In this document: in pieces, positions 52,801 to 64,000 of the stretch
How the letters are laid out: each line of letters begins with the position of its first letter
How positions within the stretch are numbered: position 1 is the stretch's first letter
Assembly (NCBI GenBank): GCA_051362555.1
Contig: CM120649.1
Span: 13,082,001 to 13,146,000 of the forward strand
DNA length: 64,000 bases
From: Lingula anatina
Taxonomy: Eukaryota > Animalia > Brachiopoda
Direction: 5' to 3'
The notes under the pieces: generated by a model
Told to the model about the DNA's origin: nothing
The model's database searches: none
The model's input: only the letters and a program-made list of their open reading frames with translations
Position numbers and translations under genes: made by a program

Positions 52801-55436
52801 CATCTTTACAACATTGTTATTTGATTATGTAAAAATGATGGTAAACTTGTTATCGTGTATTGTGTAATAAAGTGTCAAAAATGGAAATAAACTCATATCA
52901 TTGCAGTTTGTCAGATTCAATCATCCACTATGTTCAGAATCTCAGAATGGAGGAAATTGGACATTTAACACTGTTCTATTGATACTTTTCCCATCTCATC
53001 AAATTTTTTAGTTGGTCATATAAAAATGGCAGTAAAATGTTTATTTTGTTTTATGTTAAAAAAGTGTTAAAAATGGAAATAAACCCATTTCAGAACAGTG
53101 CTGTCTTGTTTACATTTTGGCATTTTCAAGGCGTGACTTTGAAGTTCCATGGGCCTGAAGACCTTTGCTAGTCACATTTTCTGAATATCTGTGATACAAA
53201 TATTTTATAATTAAAAATTGATGGTCATTATGCTGTTAAATATTATGTAATATTCGTCAAAATTTGAAAAAAACCTATTTTGGGCACTGCTCCCATGATG
53301 ACCATTTAAGAAAAACCATGTCACTTATTGTTCTCAAACAGTACAGTTAATATGTACAGATGTATTTGTACATATTGCCATCACCTGCGTCTGTCGTCGC
53401 CGTCGTTGCCATCACTGTCGCTGTCGCTGGGGCTGTGCACTTTCATTGTAAACACGATAAGTGGAAGAAAGTTTTACTTTTTGGCTGTATATTTACAGAG
53501 CTGATGAATATTCATAAAATGCAGGTCAAGTTCGAAAATCGGCAGGATCGGGCCACTATTTTAGTAGTTATGCTTTTTTTTCACTTTTCAGCATATATGC
53601 AACACTGTAAACACAATATAAGAAAAACAGATGGGCCAATTGTCATTAAACTTACAGGAGTGGTCATTCCTGCTAAAACGCAGGTTGAGTTCAAAAATCA
53701 GCATAATCAGGCCATTATTTAAAAAAAAAAATGCAGTTTTTTCACATTTCCTCAGATTCAATTCTTAGGCATGTAAACAGTTTCATTATTTAACTAATAA
53801 GATACGTAAAAGTGTTTGTTTGGCATTTTCTGCATCTTTACAACATTATTAGTTGATTATGTAAAAATGATGGTAAACTTGTTATCGTGTATTGTGTAAT
53901 AAAGTTTCAAAAATGGAAATAAACCCATATCATTGCAGTTTGTCAGATTCAATCATTCACTATGTTCAGAATGTCAGAATGGAAGAAATTGGACATTTAA
54001 CACTGCTCTGTTGATATTTTTCCCATCTCATCAATTTTCTTAGTTGATCATATAAAAACGGCAGAAAACTGTTAATTTTGTTTTATGTTAAAAATTGTTA
54101 AAAATGGAAAAAAAAATTCAGAACAGTGCTGTCTCGTTTACATTTTGGCATTTTCAAGATGTGACTTTGAAGTTCCATGGGCCTGAAGACCTTTGCTAGT
54201 CACATTTTCTGAATATCCATAATACTAATATTTTATTATTTATGATCAACTAAGAAATTGATCATCTCATCAATCATCAATTTTCATCTCATCAATTTTA
54301 AAACGGCAGAAAACTGTTAATTTTGTTTTATGTTAAAAATTGTTAAAAATGGGCCTGAAGACCTTTGCTAGTCACATTTTCTGAATATCCATAATACTAA
54401 TATTTTATTATTTATGATCAACTAAGAAATTGATCATCTCATCAATCATCAATTTTCATCTCATCAATTTTAAAACGGCAGAAAACTGTTAATTTTGTTT
54501 TATATTATATACTAATATTTTATTATTTATGATCAACTAAGAAATTGATCATCTCATCAATCATCAATTTTCATCTCATCAATTTTAAAACGGCAGAAAA
54601 CTGTTAATTTTGTTTTATGTTAAAAATTGTTAAAAATGGGCCTGAAGACCTTTGCTAGTCACATTTTCTGAATATCCATAATACTAATATTTTATTATTA
54701 AAATTGATGGTCATTATGCTGTTAAACATTATGTAATATTGCATCAAAATTTGAAAAAAAAAAAACTATTTTGGGCACTGCTCCCATGATGACCATTTAA
54801 GAAAAACCATGTCATTTACTGTTCTCAAACTTACAGGAAAGAAACATGGGACTGAAATACAGCTTCAGTAGGAAATACAGTCTGTTTGGTAATTCTTACT
54901 ACCAGTTAAACAGTTTTTTTGTGAAAATTTAATTTTTCACATATTGGCATTTTCAAGGTGTGACTTTGAAGTTCCACGGGCTTGAAGACCCATGCTAGTC
55001 ACATTATCTGAAAATCCATGATACGTATATTTTATTATTAAAAATTGACCGTCATTATGCTGTTAACCATTATGTAATATGGCATCAGAATAGAAGAAAA
55101 CACAATTTTGGGTGCTGCTGCCATGATGACCATTATGGGAAAACCATGTTACTTATGATTGCCAAACTTTCAAAAAAGAAATACAGGACTAAAATGCAGT
55201 CTGAGTTGGAAAAGCAGTCTAATTGACTTCTTTTTCTGGAAGTTATACATTTTCAAAGTGTAAACTTGTCACATATTTTAATTACATTGGTATTACCTGT
55301 TGAGGATAATTAAAATTTGATGTTGAATTTGCAGTTTAACATAATGTATTTTTGCATCAGAATTGACAGTAGCCTATTTTGTGCATAGTTATTTCCTGTT
55401 TTTTGTCTGTACATTTGACAGCTTTGCTGCCTTGTT
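49865..55436 (+). mobile_element. Non-autonomous Helentron-type element (HINE/DINE-like), composite, with internal tandem arrays
   Basis: T run, then a 13-bp inverted repeat ATGTACAGACACA/TGTGTCTGTACAT (49871-49898), (GTCGCC)n microsatellite, ~161-bp repeats (52121, 52283, 52444), 3' subterminal TGTCTGTACAT (55404-55414), short hairpin CAGCTTTGCTG and a CTTGTT end. Confidence 0.72.
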
Positions 55437-56249
55437 TAATGAATTTTGATTGTAGAAATACAGTAATAATAAACCTTTTGAGTTAGGAAAAAATTAAATT
55501 TACAAATGATGATCTCTTGTTCAAAATTGAAACAAACCATGTGATAAAGTAACAAATATGTTGATCTTCAATTTACAATATTTTGACTGAATGTTTAGAA
55601 CATTAACAGCCATAGTCGCAAAATGGTGTGACAATGACTTCTCATGTCTCTCCCCTGATGGTATTACTTTCAGAATCATTGACAACAGGGCTGTCAAATG
55701 TATAGACACATAAGAGAAAATGAAAATCTCCCCCACCCAAAGGGAAATATTGCTTTAGTTTTGAACATGTCAAAAATTGAATTATAATTGTAAATCTGAA
55801 AACCATGCATCTGCTTTTCAGAATAAAAAAGGAATTATAAAAATGCTGTAAAATTTGAAAAAAAAGTACAAAATGATTGTTAAACCACAGTGGAATATTT
55901 AAATCCAAAAATCCCTTAGCCTATGAAAACCCCATCAAAAAAACCCTTACCATAAAAACCCCAGAAAAGAAGGAAAAAAGCGGCAGGATCAGAGATTTAG
56001 TTGGCAAGTTTACGGGCATATGTCATCCACGCCAGGGACTACCGATCTTACAACTTTTTACAATGTGCCAGAGGATCGTATCCAACTTTGCAAATCTCGT
56101 ACTCCCACCCTAACCCCCCCAAGTCAAAATAAAAAAGAAAGGAATGTTTTTTTTTTCTTAAAAGTTTTTTCTTCTCATAAACGAAGTATATTCTAATAAA
56201 AAATAGAGAATTACGATGCCAAATTTATATATAAATCAAATCGTAGGTA

Positions 56250-56909
56250 TGCATTTGGGACAGAGAATACTTGTAGAAATAACATTGGAGCATGTGCATT
56301 TTGAAAAAGTGCATTTTGACAGGTACTTAGCTGTAAAATACCATTTAATGCCAATCCAGTACTTGTGATTGTTAGCTCAGATAAGAGGCTGTCAGAAAGT
56401 CACCTTTGTCTTGGCATTTGTCACTGATTAGTGCCTACCCCGGTCTAATAGGTGAATAAGTGTGATCATATGTGTGGAATTTCATGTCAGATGGACATAC
56501 AAACGTCTAAAATTGTCACAATATTTAAAAAAAAAAAGATACATCTTTGCACAGCAGTCGTGGATCGGTACAGTTCAGTTGTCAGTTGCGAACTACTTCC
56601 TGGTTTTCACAAGGTCCTTCAAAGACTCTAAAACATCGTTATAATTGCAGCACATACCATAAAACACCCAAAAATACTTAGATATGGGCATAACAGTTTG
56701 CATACATGCAAAAATTCCACATGACAACGATTAATAGCCTCCCGGGAATTCATTTCCCTTGACGCTCTTTGTCGCTCGGTGGTCGATGTAACATATATTT
56801 CAAAACAAATTGTCTGCAAATTAAGCGCGATTTTTCACCCTTAAAATTCGTGGCACGTTTTCATACAATCCTCCTATTATTTCTACAAGTATTCTCTGTC
56901 CCAAATGCG
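56250..56909. mobile_element. Non-autonomous DNA transposon with 32-bp perfect inverted repeats and TA flanks (Tc1/mariner-like)
   Basis: GCATTTGGGACAGAGAATACTTGTAGAAATAA (56251-56282) and its reverse complement (56877-56908); TA at 56248-49 and 56910-11. Confidence 0.72.
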
Positions 56910-57023
56910 TAAAGATAAATTGTTATCTTACCGTGTTGTTAGAAAAACTGCTTTTTATTCCGAGTCCACGATTTTACTCCCGTTCACCTCCAGCTAAAAA
57001 TGACCACTCAGCTTCGCGTCTTA

Positions 57024-57238
57024 CACCCCATTCTCATAGATTAGATCGACCTACATTGGATCGACCTAACTCCCTGGGGGTTCACGCTAAATAGCTGTCA
57101 GCCGGGCGGACACGAAAGTTAATTACCCCTTAAAGCTTGTAGTAGGCGGGGACGGACACTTAAGGGGGATTATCTGACAGTAATCTAGTGAGACTCCCCG
57201 CGGTGATAGATCGATCTAAAAGTTGTGAGAACAGAGCC
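57024..57238 (-). mobile_element. Same MITE family, copy 3 (inverted)
   Basis: Reverse complement of the copy 1 interior; TTA 3-bp TSD on both sides. Confidence 0.78.
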
Positions 57239-58410
57239 TTACACCACTACACGTCACTTCCGGCACAATTCTGTTAAATTCTCGACTCCTCCGGTACCCC
57301 TTATTAACATGCAATTCTCTATAAACATAGCCGTGCTTTTTAAATTGTTAGAAATAAGAATTCAAACACAAAAGTTTTAGATGTACACATGGATTTATCA
57401 GATATTTTGTGTAAACTGTAATGATTCCAGTGCTGTTATTTGTAAAATTGCAAAATTTAAAACAGATGTTTCTTGCTAATTGTCTAACGCAAAGAAATGT
57501 TTTTGACTCGTTGGAGGTGAAAAATAAATAAAATAAAAATATTTATAGTAGCACATGGAGATGATGGGTTAAATATTCTTACCACCGAACTATTGAAAAA
57601 TAGAATAATATTTCTTAAATGTGCTTGCTCTTTATTGTATATAAAAGGTATAGAATATCAATGTGTATTAATGGTTTTGATAAAAATATCTTAAAGTAAT
57701 ATGGTATTCCTATATACATCAGCTCATGTGAAATCGTACAAAAGAATCTTTTATATAGAAAAATATATTTGAAAATGTATTTTGTTATTGATTTTTCTTT
57801 TGAATTTTCTTCATTGAATTTTTCACTCATTAATTTCTTGTTTTCTATATTTCTGTATTTTCTGTATTTGTTTGCTTTAATTACTACTATTTTTGTTATT
57901 ATTTATAGTACTAGCGAAATACGAGTAAGTAATTACCCATTGTGTCTCCGTAGAGGACCCTTCCTAGGGCATAACATCCCGCCTACACAGCCAGGTTTGA
58001 CAGGAATGGTAGTCCGCTAGGAACCGTAGTCCGTTCTCCATTACTTTGTACAGGTGATTTAAGTCCGGCCTTCCAATCCTAGGCCTGCCTTTCCTGTCAT
58101 TCCTGGCTCCAAGGTGCCTTCGAGATGATAAACTGGTATTTCCACTGAATGTCCACTATTTACTGGATTTTTAGAGTCATTATTTACCCATTATTCCAAA
58201 AAAAAAAAAAAAAGCATGTGATTGAGTTTAACCCCATCAAATTCATTCCTCTGTTAATCAAGCTTCAGCTTTATTCATTAGTTACAATCTTTAGATTTGT
58301 TGTTACCTACATCCGAAGTTTAGGACTAAAACCATGCTTGTTCATACAGTTTTGAACGAGACCCCAGATGTACGTGACCGGATTTTTTCAAGGTACCCTT
58401 CGTTCAAGGC

Positions 58411-58497
58411 GCCCGGATAGCTCAGTCGGTAGAGCATCAGACTTTTAAAGATACTAAAGTTATCTGAGGGTCCAGGGTTCGAGTCCCTGTTCGGGCG
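58411..58497 (+). tRNA. tRNA-Lys-TTT: tRNA-Lys(UUU) with a 14-nt intron (58448-58461)
   Basis: Removing AAGATACTAAAGTT after position 37 gives a canonical 73-nt metazoan tRNA-Lys(UUU), GCCCGGATAGCTCAGTCGGTAGAGCATCAGACTTTTAATCTGAGGGTCCAGGGTTCGAGTCCCTGTTCGGGCG; A and B boxes intact; T run ~13 nt downstream. Confidence 0.97.
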
Positions 58498-58656
58498 TAC
58501 ATTGTTATTATTTTCTTCTTGTTTAACCTGTCTGTTGAACGTAATGAGCAAAACCAATGCCTTGACATTGTTACTCACAAAAGATCAGGGGCAGCGTCAG
58601 CTCAAAAGAGTCACTGTGCTCATCAACTTTTAGTGGTATTCTGTTACTACAATGCA

Positions 58657-58703
58657 ATTATTATTATTATTATTATTATTATTATAATTATTATTATTAT
58701 TAT
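58657..58703. repeat. (ATT)n microsatellite
   Basis: Read directly. Confidence 0.9.
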
Positions 58704-59405
58704 TTTGATTAGCTGTCGGCACATATCATGTTTAATTACACTGGAGAACAGTTCAACTCTAAACGCGTCACTTACTAGCCTCCGTTGTGAAAGTCTTTTC
58801 TTGTTAAATTTCACGTTAATTAAAGATAAAAACTTAAACTTCTCTTGTTGTTGTTGTTATTGTTTTTTTTTTAACGATAACTACTAAAGCAATCACCCTG
58901 TCTCTATTTTTAGATAGTGCTGTTTGTGTTTATATGAAAGTACGTTTTGTATATTTTAGAGAATAATGAGCATACTGTAGTTTTCATTCAAAGGTAATTG
59001 CTTACCAAGAGTACTTAGTCAGATGTTAGATGTAGCCAAAGGCTATGTTGCATCAGTACTTACCTGGAGAACATGTCATTCTCTATATGCACACTGTGTA
59101 GGCCTATATAGTGAATCATTCAGACACTGGACTTCACCCTGATAGGAGGTGTGCAGGACTTTTTATACCTGAGGTGACTTACATTTATTTACATATATCA
59201 GTATTTCATAATCTAGTTCTTTATTGAGTATTTCATATTTTTCCATTTATTATATTACTGAGTTTACTAATAGTTTGTTTGTATGCATTTCAGCCTTCAT
59301 TGTTTCCAGTTAATAAAGATTGGAAATCAAATAGTGTCCATCTTATCTATGAAGGCTCAGGTATGACCATAGTCTACCGGTAAACAGTCCATCCTACAGG
59401 CCAGC

Positions 59406-61190
59406 ATGCCAGTTGTAAAGTGCCCATTCCCAGACTGCACCTATGAGACAGAAGATGTGGCAGATACCATTGTAAACACACTATTGACAATACATGCACA
59501 AAGCCATAATGCCACTTCCTCTCAGTCATCTACAAAGGTCAAAACTGACAAGATTCGTCGCCCCACAATATCTACAGCGGGTACTAGTGAAGATTGGACT
59601 TACTTTCTGACTAGATGGAAAGAATATACCATAGCAACCAAAATTACTGGCCAAGATCGTGTAATACAATTACTGGAATGCTGTGATGAAACTCTTAGGA
59701 AAAATATCACCCGCTCAGCTGGTGGAACTCTTACAAACAAAAGTGAAGAAGAGGTACTATCTGCTATCAAGAGACTGGCAGTACGTGAAGAAAATCCCAT
59801 GGTTGCCCGAGTCATTCTACATGAGATGCGGCAGGACAGAGAAGAACCAATTCGTCAGTTTGGGGCAAGAATCAAAGGTCAAGCTAGCATTTGTAAATTT
59901 ACACTTAAATGCCCTAACTGTGAAACAGATGTAGATTACACAGATTGCATATTAAGGGACATTTTAAGTCGTGGCATAGCCGATAATGAAATCCAGCTAG
60001 ACCTGCTTGGAAATATGAACCAGAACATGGACCTTGAAGATGTGTTCAGATTTATTGAATCTAAAGAATCTGGGAAACGTTCATCAGCGACATTAAATGC
60101 TTCCGAAGGTGCCCATGCCACTAGCTCGTACAGACGCGCTCAAAGGTATGCAAAGTCTGATAAAGCTGAGATATGCAGTTACTGTGGGGAAAAAGGCCAT
60201 GGTATTAAAGCACCATTTCGCACACGTCAGAAAATGTGCCCAGCATACAACCATATCTGCAAACACTGTGAACGCAGTCACCATTTCGACCACATGTGTC
60301 GCAACAAGAACAAACCCAAGCTTGGTCCCCCATCTTCGTCCAATACCAAAACACAGTCAGTAACTAATCATGGGGAATCTGCTTTTATGGAGCATAGCAA
60401 TGAGTCATTTTATACGCTATGCACAATAGGTGAATTGGACCACGACCGAGCTGCAAATGCCATTGCATTAGATCACCACCTATATAATCAGCTAAATGAC
60501 AAGTGGATCAAAAGTAAATCAAGACCTCAACCATACATATCATTACAAGCCACTGTATCCTCTCAAGATTATTCTGATCTTGGCTTCAATGTAGACCTTC
60601 CAACTACATCTACAATGCTCAATGTAATGGCTGACACTGGATGTCAAAGCTGTCTTGCTGGTATTAAAGCAATCCAACCCCTTCAGTTAACTGAAAAGGA
60701 TCTCATTCCAGTTAAAATGAAAATGCATGCAGCAAATAACAAAGGAATAAACATTCTGGGTGCTGTAATATTACGATTCTCTGGTGAAGACAAGCTTGGA
60801 AAACACCACACAACGAGACAGATCGTCTACATAACAGACAACTCAGACAGAATATTCCTCAGCAGAGAAGCATGCATTGACCTTGGTCTCATTTCCATTG
60901 ACTTCCCTCAAGTTGGAGACGCTTGTCAAACAGCCGGTGATACAAAAAGATATGAAACAAATGCCGATTGTGAATGCCCAAAACGCCAACCTCCGCCTTC
61001 ACGTCCAACATCTATTCCTTATCCAGCAACAGAAGAAAACCGTCAGCGGCTTCAGCAATGGCTTATTGACTATTACAGATCCAGCTCTTTTAACATGTGT
61101 ACCCACCAGCCACTCACAATGATGAATGGATCCCCTATGAGACTAATGGTGGACTCTGAAGCAGAACCCAAAGCATACCATACCCCATTT
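59406..61190 (+). CDS. gag-pol: Retrotransposon Gag plus aspartic protease (5' part of gag-pol)
   Basis: N-terminal C-x4-C...H-x3-H motif, zinc knuckles CSYCGEKGH and [14 protein letters not shown], protease motif MADTGCQS. Confidence 0.9.
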
Positions 61191-64000
61191 ACCAGTACCA
61201 CTACACTGGCAAGACCAAGTCAAGGCTGGCTTAGACCAAGATGTGAAACTAGGTGTTATTGAACCCGTTCCACTAGGAGAACCAGTTACATGGTGCCATA
61301 GGATGGTCGTTTGTGCAAAGAAGAATGGCAAACTTCGCAGAACTGTTGATCTTCAAGCATTAAATGCCCATGCTAAACGTGAAACACATCATACTCAATC
61401 ACCGTTTCATCAAGCAAGATCTGTTCCACAAGGTAAAAAGAAGACAGTCTTTGATGCATGGAACGGCTATCACAGCGTCCCACTTCATGAAGATGACAGA
61501 CATCTCACCACATTCATAACACCATGGGGGCGCTATCGGTATTGCGTTGCTCCTCAAGGATATATCGCTTCTGGTGATGCCTACACCCACCGTTATGATG
61601 ATATTGTTTCCAACATTCCCAGAAAAACTAAATGTGTAGATGATACTCTACTATGGGCAAATTCTATTGAAGAAAGCTTTTGGCAAGCTGTTGAATGGTT
61701 GGATATATGTGGAAAAAATGGGATAACTTTCAACATTGATAAATTTGTATTTGCTGCAGACCAGGTGGATTTTGCTGGATTCACAATAACAATGGACAGT
61801 GTAAAACCTTGTCCTAAATACCTGCAGGCAATTACAGAATTCCCAACACCTAAAAACATCACAGATGTACGTTCTTGGTTTGGTCTCCTAAATCAGGTTT
61901 CTTATGCCTTCAGCATGGCCAATAGGATGTTACCATTTCGTGAGCTACTCAAACCTGGCACGCCTTTCAAATGGACTGAAGAATTAGATAAAATTTTTCA
62001 GGAATCCAAACAAGTAATCATCAATGAAATAGAAGAGGGTGTCAAGATATATGACAAGAACAAAACAACTTGCCTAGCCACAGATTGGTCTAAAAGTGGA
62101 ATAGGATTTTGGTTATTCCAGAAACATTGCAATTGTATAGTGGCAAAACCATTTTGCTGTAAAACGGGATGGAAAATTGTCCTTGTAGGTAGTAGATTCA
62201 CACATCCTGCTGAATCCAGATATGCACCTGTGGAAGGGGAAGCACTAGCCGTGGCTTATGCTTTAGACAAAGCAAGATTCTTTGTTCTGGGATGCACTGA
62301 CCTAGTGATAGCTGTTGACCATAAGCCACTTCTCAAAATCTTTGGAGACAGATCCCTTGATGCCATATCCAACACACGTCTCAGGAACCTCAAGGAACGT
62401 ACTCTCCGTTACAGGTTCCGTATCATTCATCTTCCAGGTGCTAAGCAGAAAGCCGCAGATGCAATATCTCGTCACCCAACAGGGGAACAGCACCCACCCA
62501 AAATGCAGCTTCAAGACGATATTTCTAGTACTGCTGAATCTTATGACTTACCTTATTCCGCTGACATCTTTCAATCTTTCATAGGAGGCATCAAACTAAT
62601 GGATGGTGTAAATGATTACACTGACATTGAGGAAAATTTGATTGACTCTGCTATTTATGCCCTTGATTCCACAATTAAGTCAATTACATGGAACCAAGTT
62701 AGGCAGGCTACAGCAAGTGATGAAAATATGAATCAGCTACTGTCAATCATTGAGTCAGGAATCCCCAAACACCGCCATGAATTGCCACCTCCATTGCGTG
62801 AATACCACCAATTCAGGGAACACATCTACAGTGTTGATGGTGTTATTATTTACAAGGATCGCATTATTATACCACCATGCCTTAGGGAACAAATACTTTC
62901 TGCACTTCACGCTGCTCACCAAGGCATCTCATCCATGATATCCAGAGCAGAGGCTTCTGTATTCTGGCCAGGTATAACTGCGGACATCACTGCTGTACGT
63001 GCAAATTGTAACCATTGTCACCAGATTGCACCATCACAACCCTCTGCGCCACCCTACAATCCCATACCACCAAAGTATCCTTTCCAGTGCATCTGTGCAG
63101 ATTTTTTCATGTTTAAGGGTACTCACTACTTGGTCATTGTTGACAGATACTCCAACTGGCCAATTGTAGAATATGCATCTGGAGGATCTAAAGGACTAAT
63201 TACTAGTCTACGCCGTGCATTCTCTACTTATGGGATCCCAGAGGAATTGGCTTCCGATGGAGGCCCTGAATTCACTTCTTCTGAAACACGCAAATTCCTT
63301 GAAGATTGGGGTGTACATCACCGTTTATCATCTGTAGCATTTCCCCACAGCAATTGTCGCGCTGAAGTTGGTGTCAAAACAGTCAAACGATTGCTTATGA
63401 ACAATACAGGACCAAATGGTGAGTTGGACACCAATTCAGTGCAGCGTGCAATATTACAGTACCGTAATACACCTGATCCAGATACAAAACTGTCCCCTGC
63501 AATGTGTATATTTGGAAGGCCAATAAGGGATTTTATTCCAATACTACCAGGTCGATACGAACCACATCCTACATGGAAATCAACATTAGCAGCACGTGAG
63601 GAAGCACTCCGTAACAGACATATGAGATCCGCAGAACACTGGAGTGAACACACTAGACGCCTACCACCACTTGCTATTGGAGACCACGTTCGTATTCAGA
63701 ATCAGACTGGTCCGCATCCAAATAAATGGGACAAAACTGGCACTATTACTGAAGTAAAACAGTTTGACCAGTACCTGGTGAAAGTTGATGGATCTGGACG
63801 TGTGACACTACGCAATAGAAAATTCTTAAGGAAATTCATTCCGTATGTGTCATCTCTACCTCGTCACTCTATCATTGATGACCTAAAGCACAGATTTTAC
63901 ATACAACAGCCTACAGTAAACAATGACACACCTACATTCAGCAAATTACCAGAACCAGAATCTACCTTATTGAAAAATTCACATGAGTCAGTGGAGTCGG
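61189..64000 (+). CDS. pol: Retrotransposon Pol (RT, RNase H, integrase) in the +1 frame, apparently open to the window end
   Basis: [23 protein letters not shown] (61633-61644), RNase H ATDWS/EALA/VDHKPL, integrase HAAHQG...CNHC and ADFF/SDGG/RAE triad. Confidence 0.92.

Larger units (their letters stand above)
59024..64000 (+). mobile_element. Ty3/Gypsy LTR retrotransposon (probably Mag-like), truncated by the window end
   Basis: Gag-PR-RT-RH-IN domain order; putative 5' LTR starting TGTTAG at 59024 with AATAAA at 59312; 3' LTR not in the window. Confidence 0.92.

Noticed and set aside
49871-53722. ORFs 49871..50284, 50888..51127, 51274..51468 and 53360..53722 with similar peptides (HDKWK...QVKFENQHDR)
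   Set aside because: They are translations of the ~161-bp repeat monomer inside the Helentron-type element; frames are not conserved between copies.
57975-57997. Minus-strand CTGGCTGTGTAGGCGGGATGT resembles part of the 7SK 5' stem
   Set aside because: The diagnostic GATC motifs and the rest of the 7SK architecture are absent.
58411-59024. tRNA-targeted integration of the retrotransposon
   Set aside because: The element begins ~530 bp downstream of the tRNA, unlike Ty3 insertion at the Pol III start site; one instance cannot show targeting.
59056-59068. TACTTACCTGG resembles the 5' end of U1 snRNA
   Set aside because: Only 11 nt match; no U1 stem-loops or Sm site follow. It is simply a consensus 5' splice site on the minus strand.

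Overview
AT-rich animal (invertebrate-type) genomic DNA; there are no prokaryotic features. The main gene is a minus-strand GCKIII-family STE20 kinase (STK24/25/26 orthologue) spanning at least 44112 down to 983, with its 3' end probably beyond the window start. It shows rich isoform architecture: up to four alternative phase-0 first coding exons, two tandem 186-nt near-duplicate exons for kinase subdomains IX-XI (probable mutually exclusive exons), and several phase-0 cassette exons in the C-terminal tail, one of them a 786-nt repeat exon. The intron between the duplicate exons contains nested sense-strand RNA helices with G-U wobbles and a possible competing downstream pairing; this is the most notable feature. 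Head-to-head with the kinase is a plus-strand type II membrane protein gene (46097-47559). The right third holds a ~5.6 kb Helentron-type non-autonomous element with internal arrays, several MITEs, an intron-containing tRNA-Lys(UUU), an unexplained fold-back island and a Ty3/Gypsy LTR retrotransposon running off the window end. Exon models were read by eye and are not validated by transcripts.
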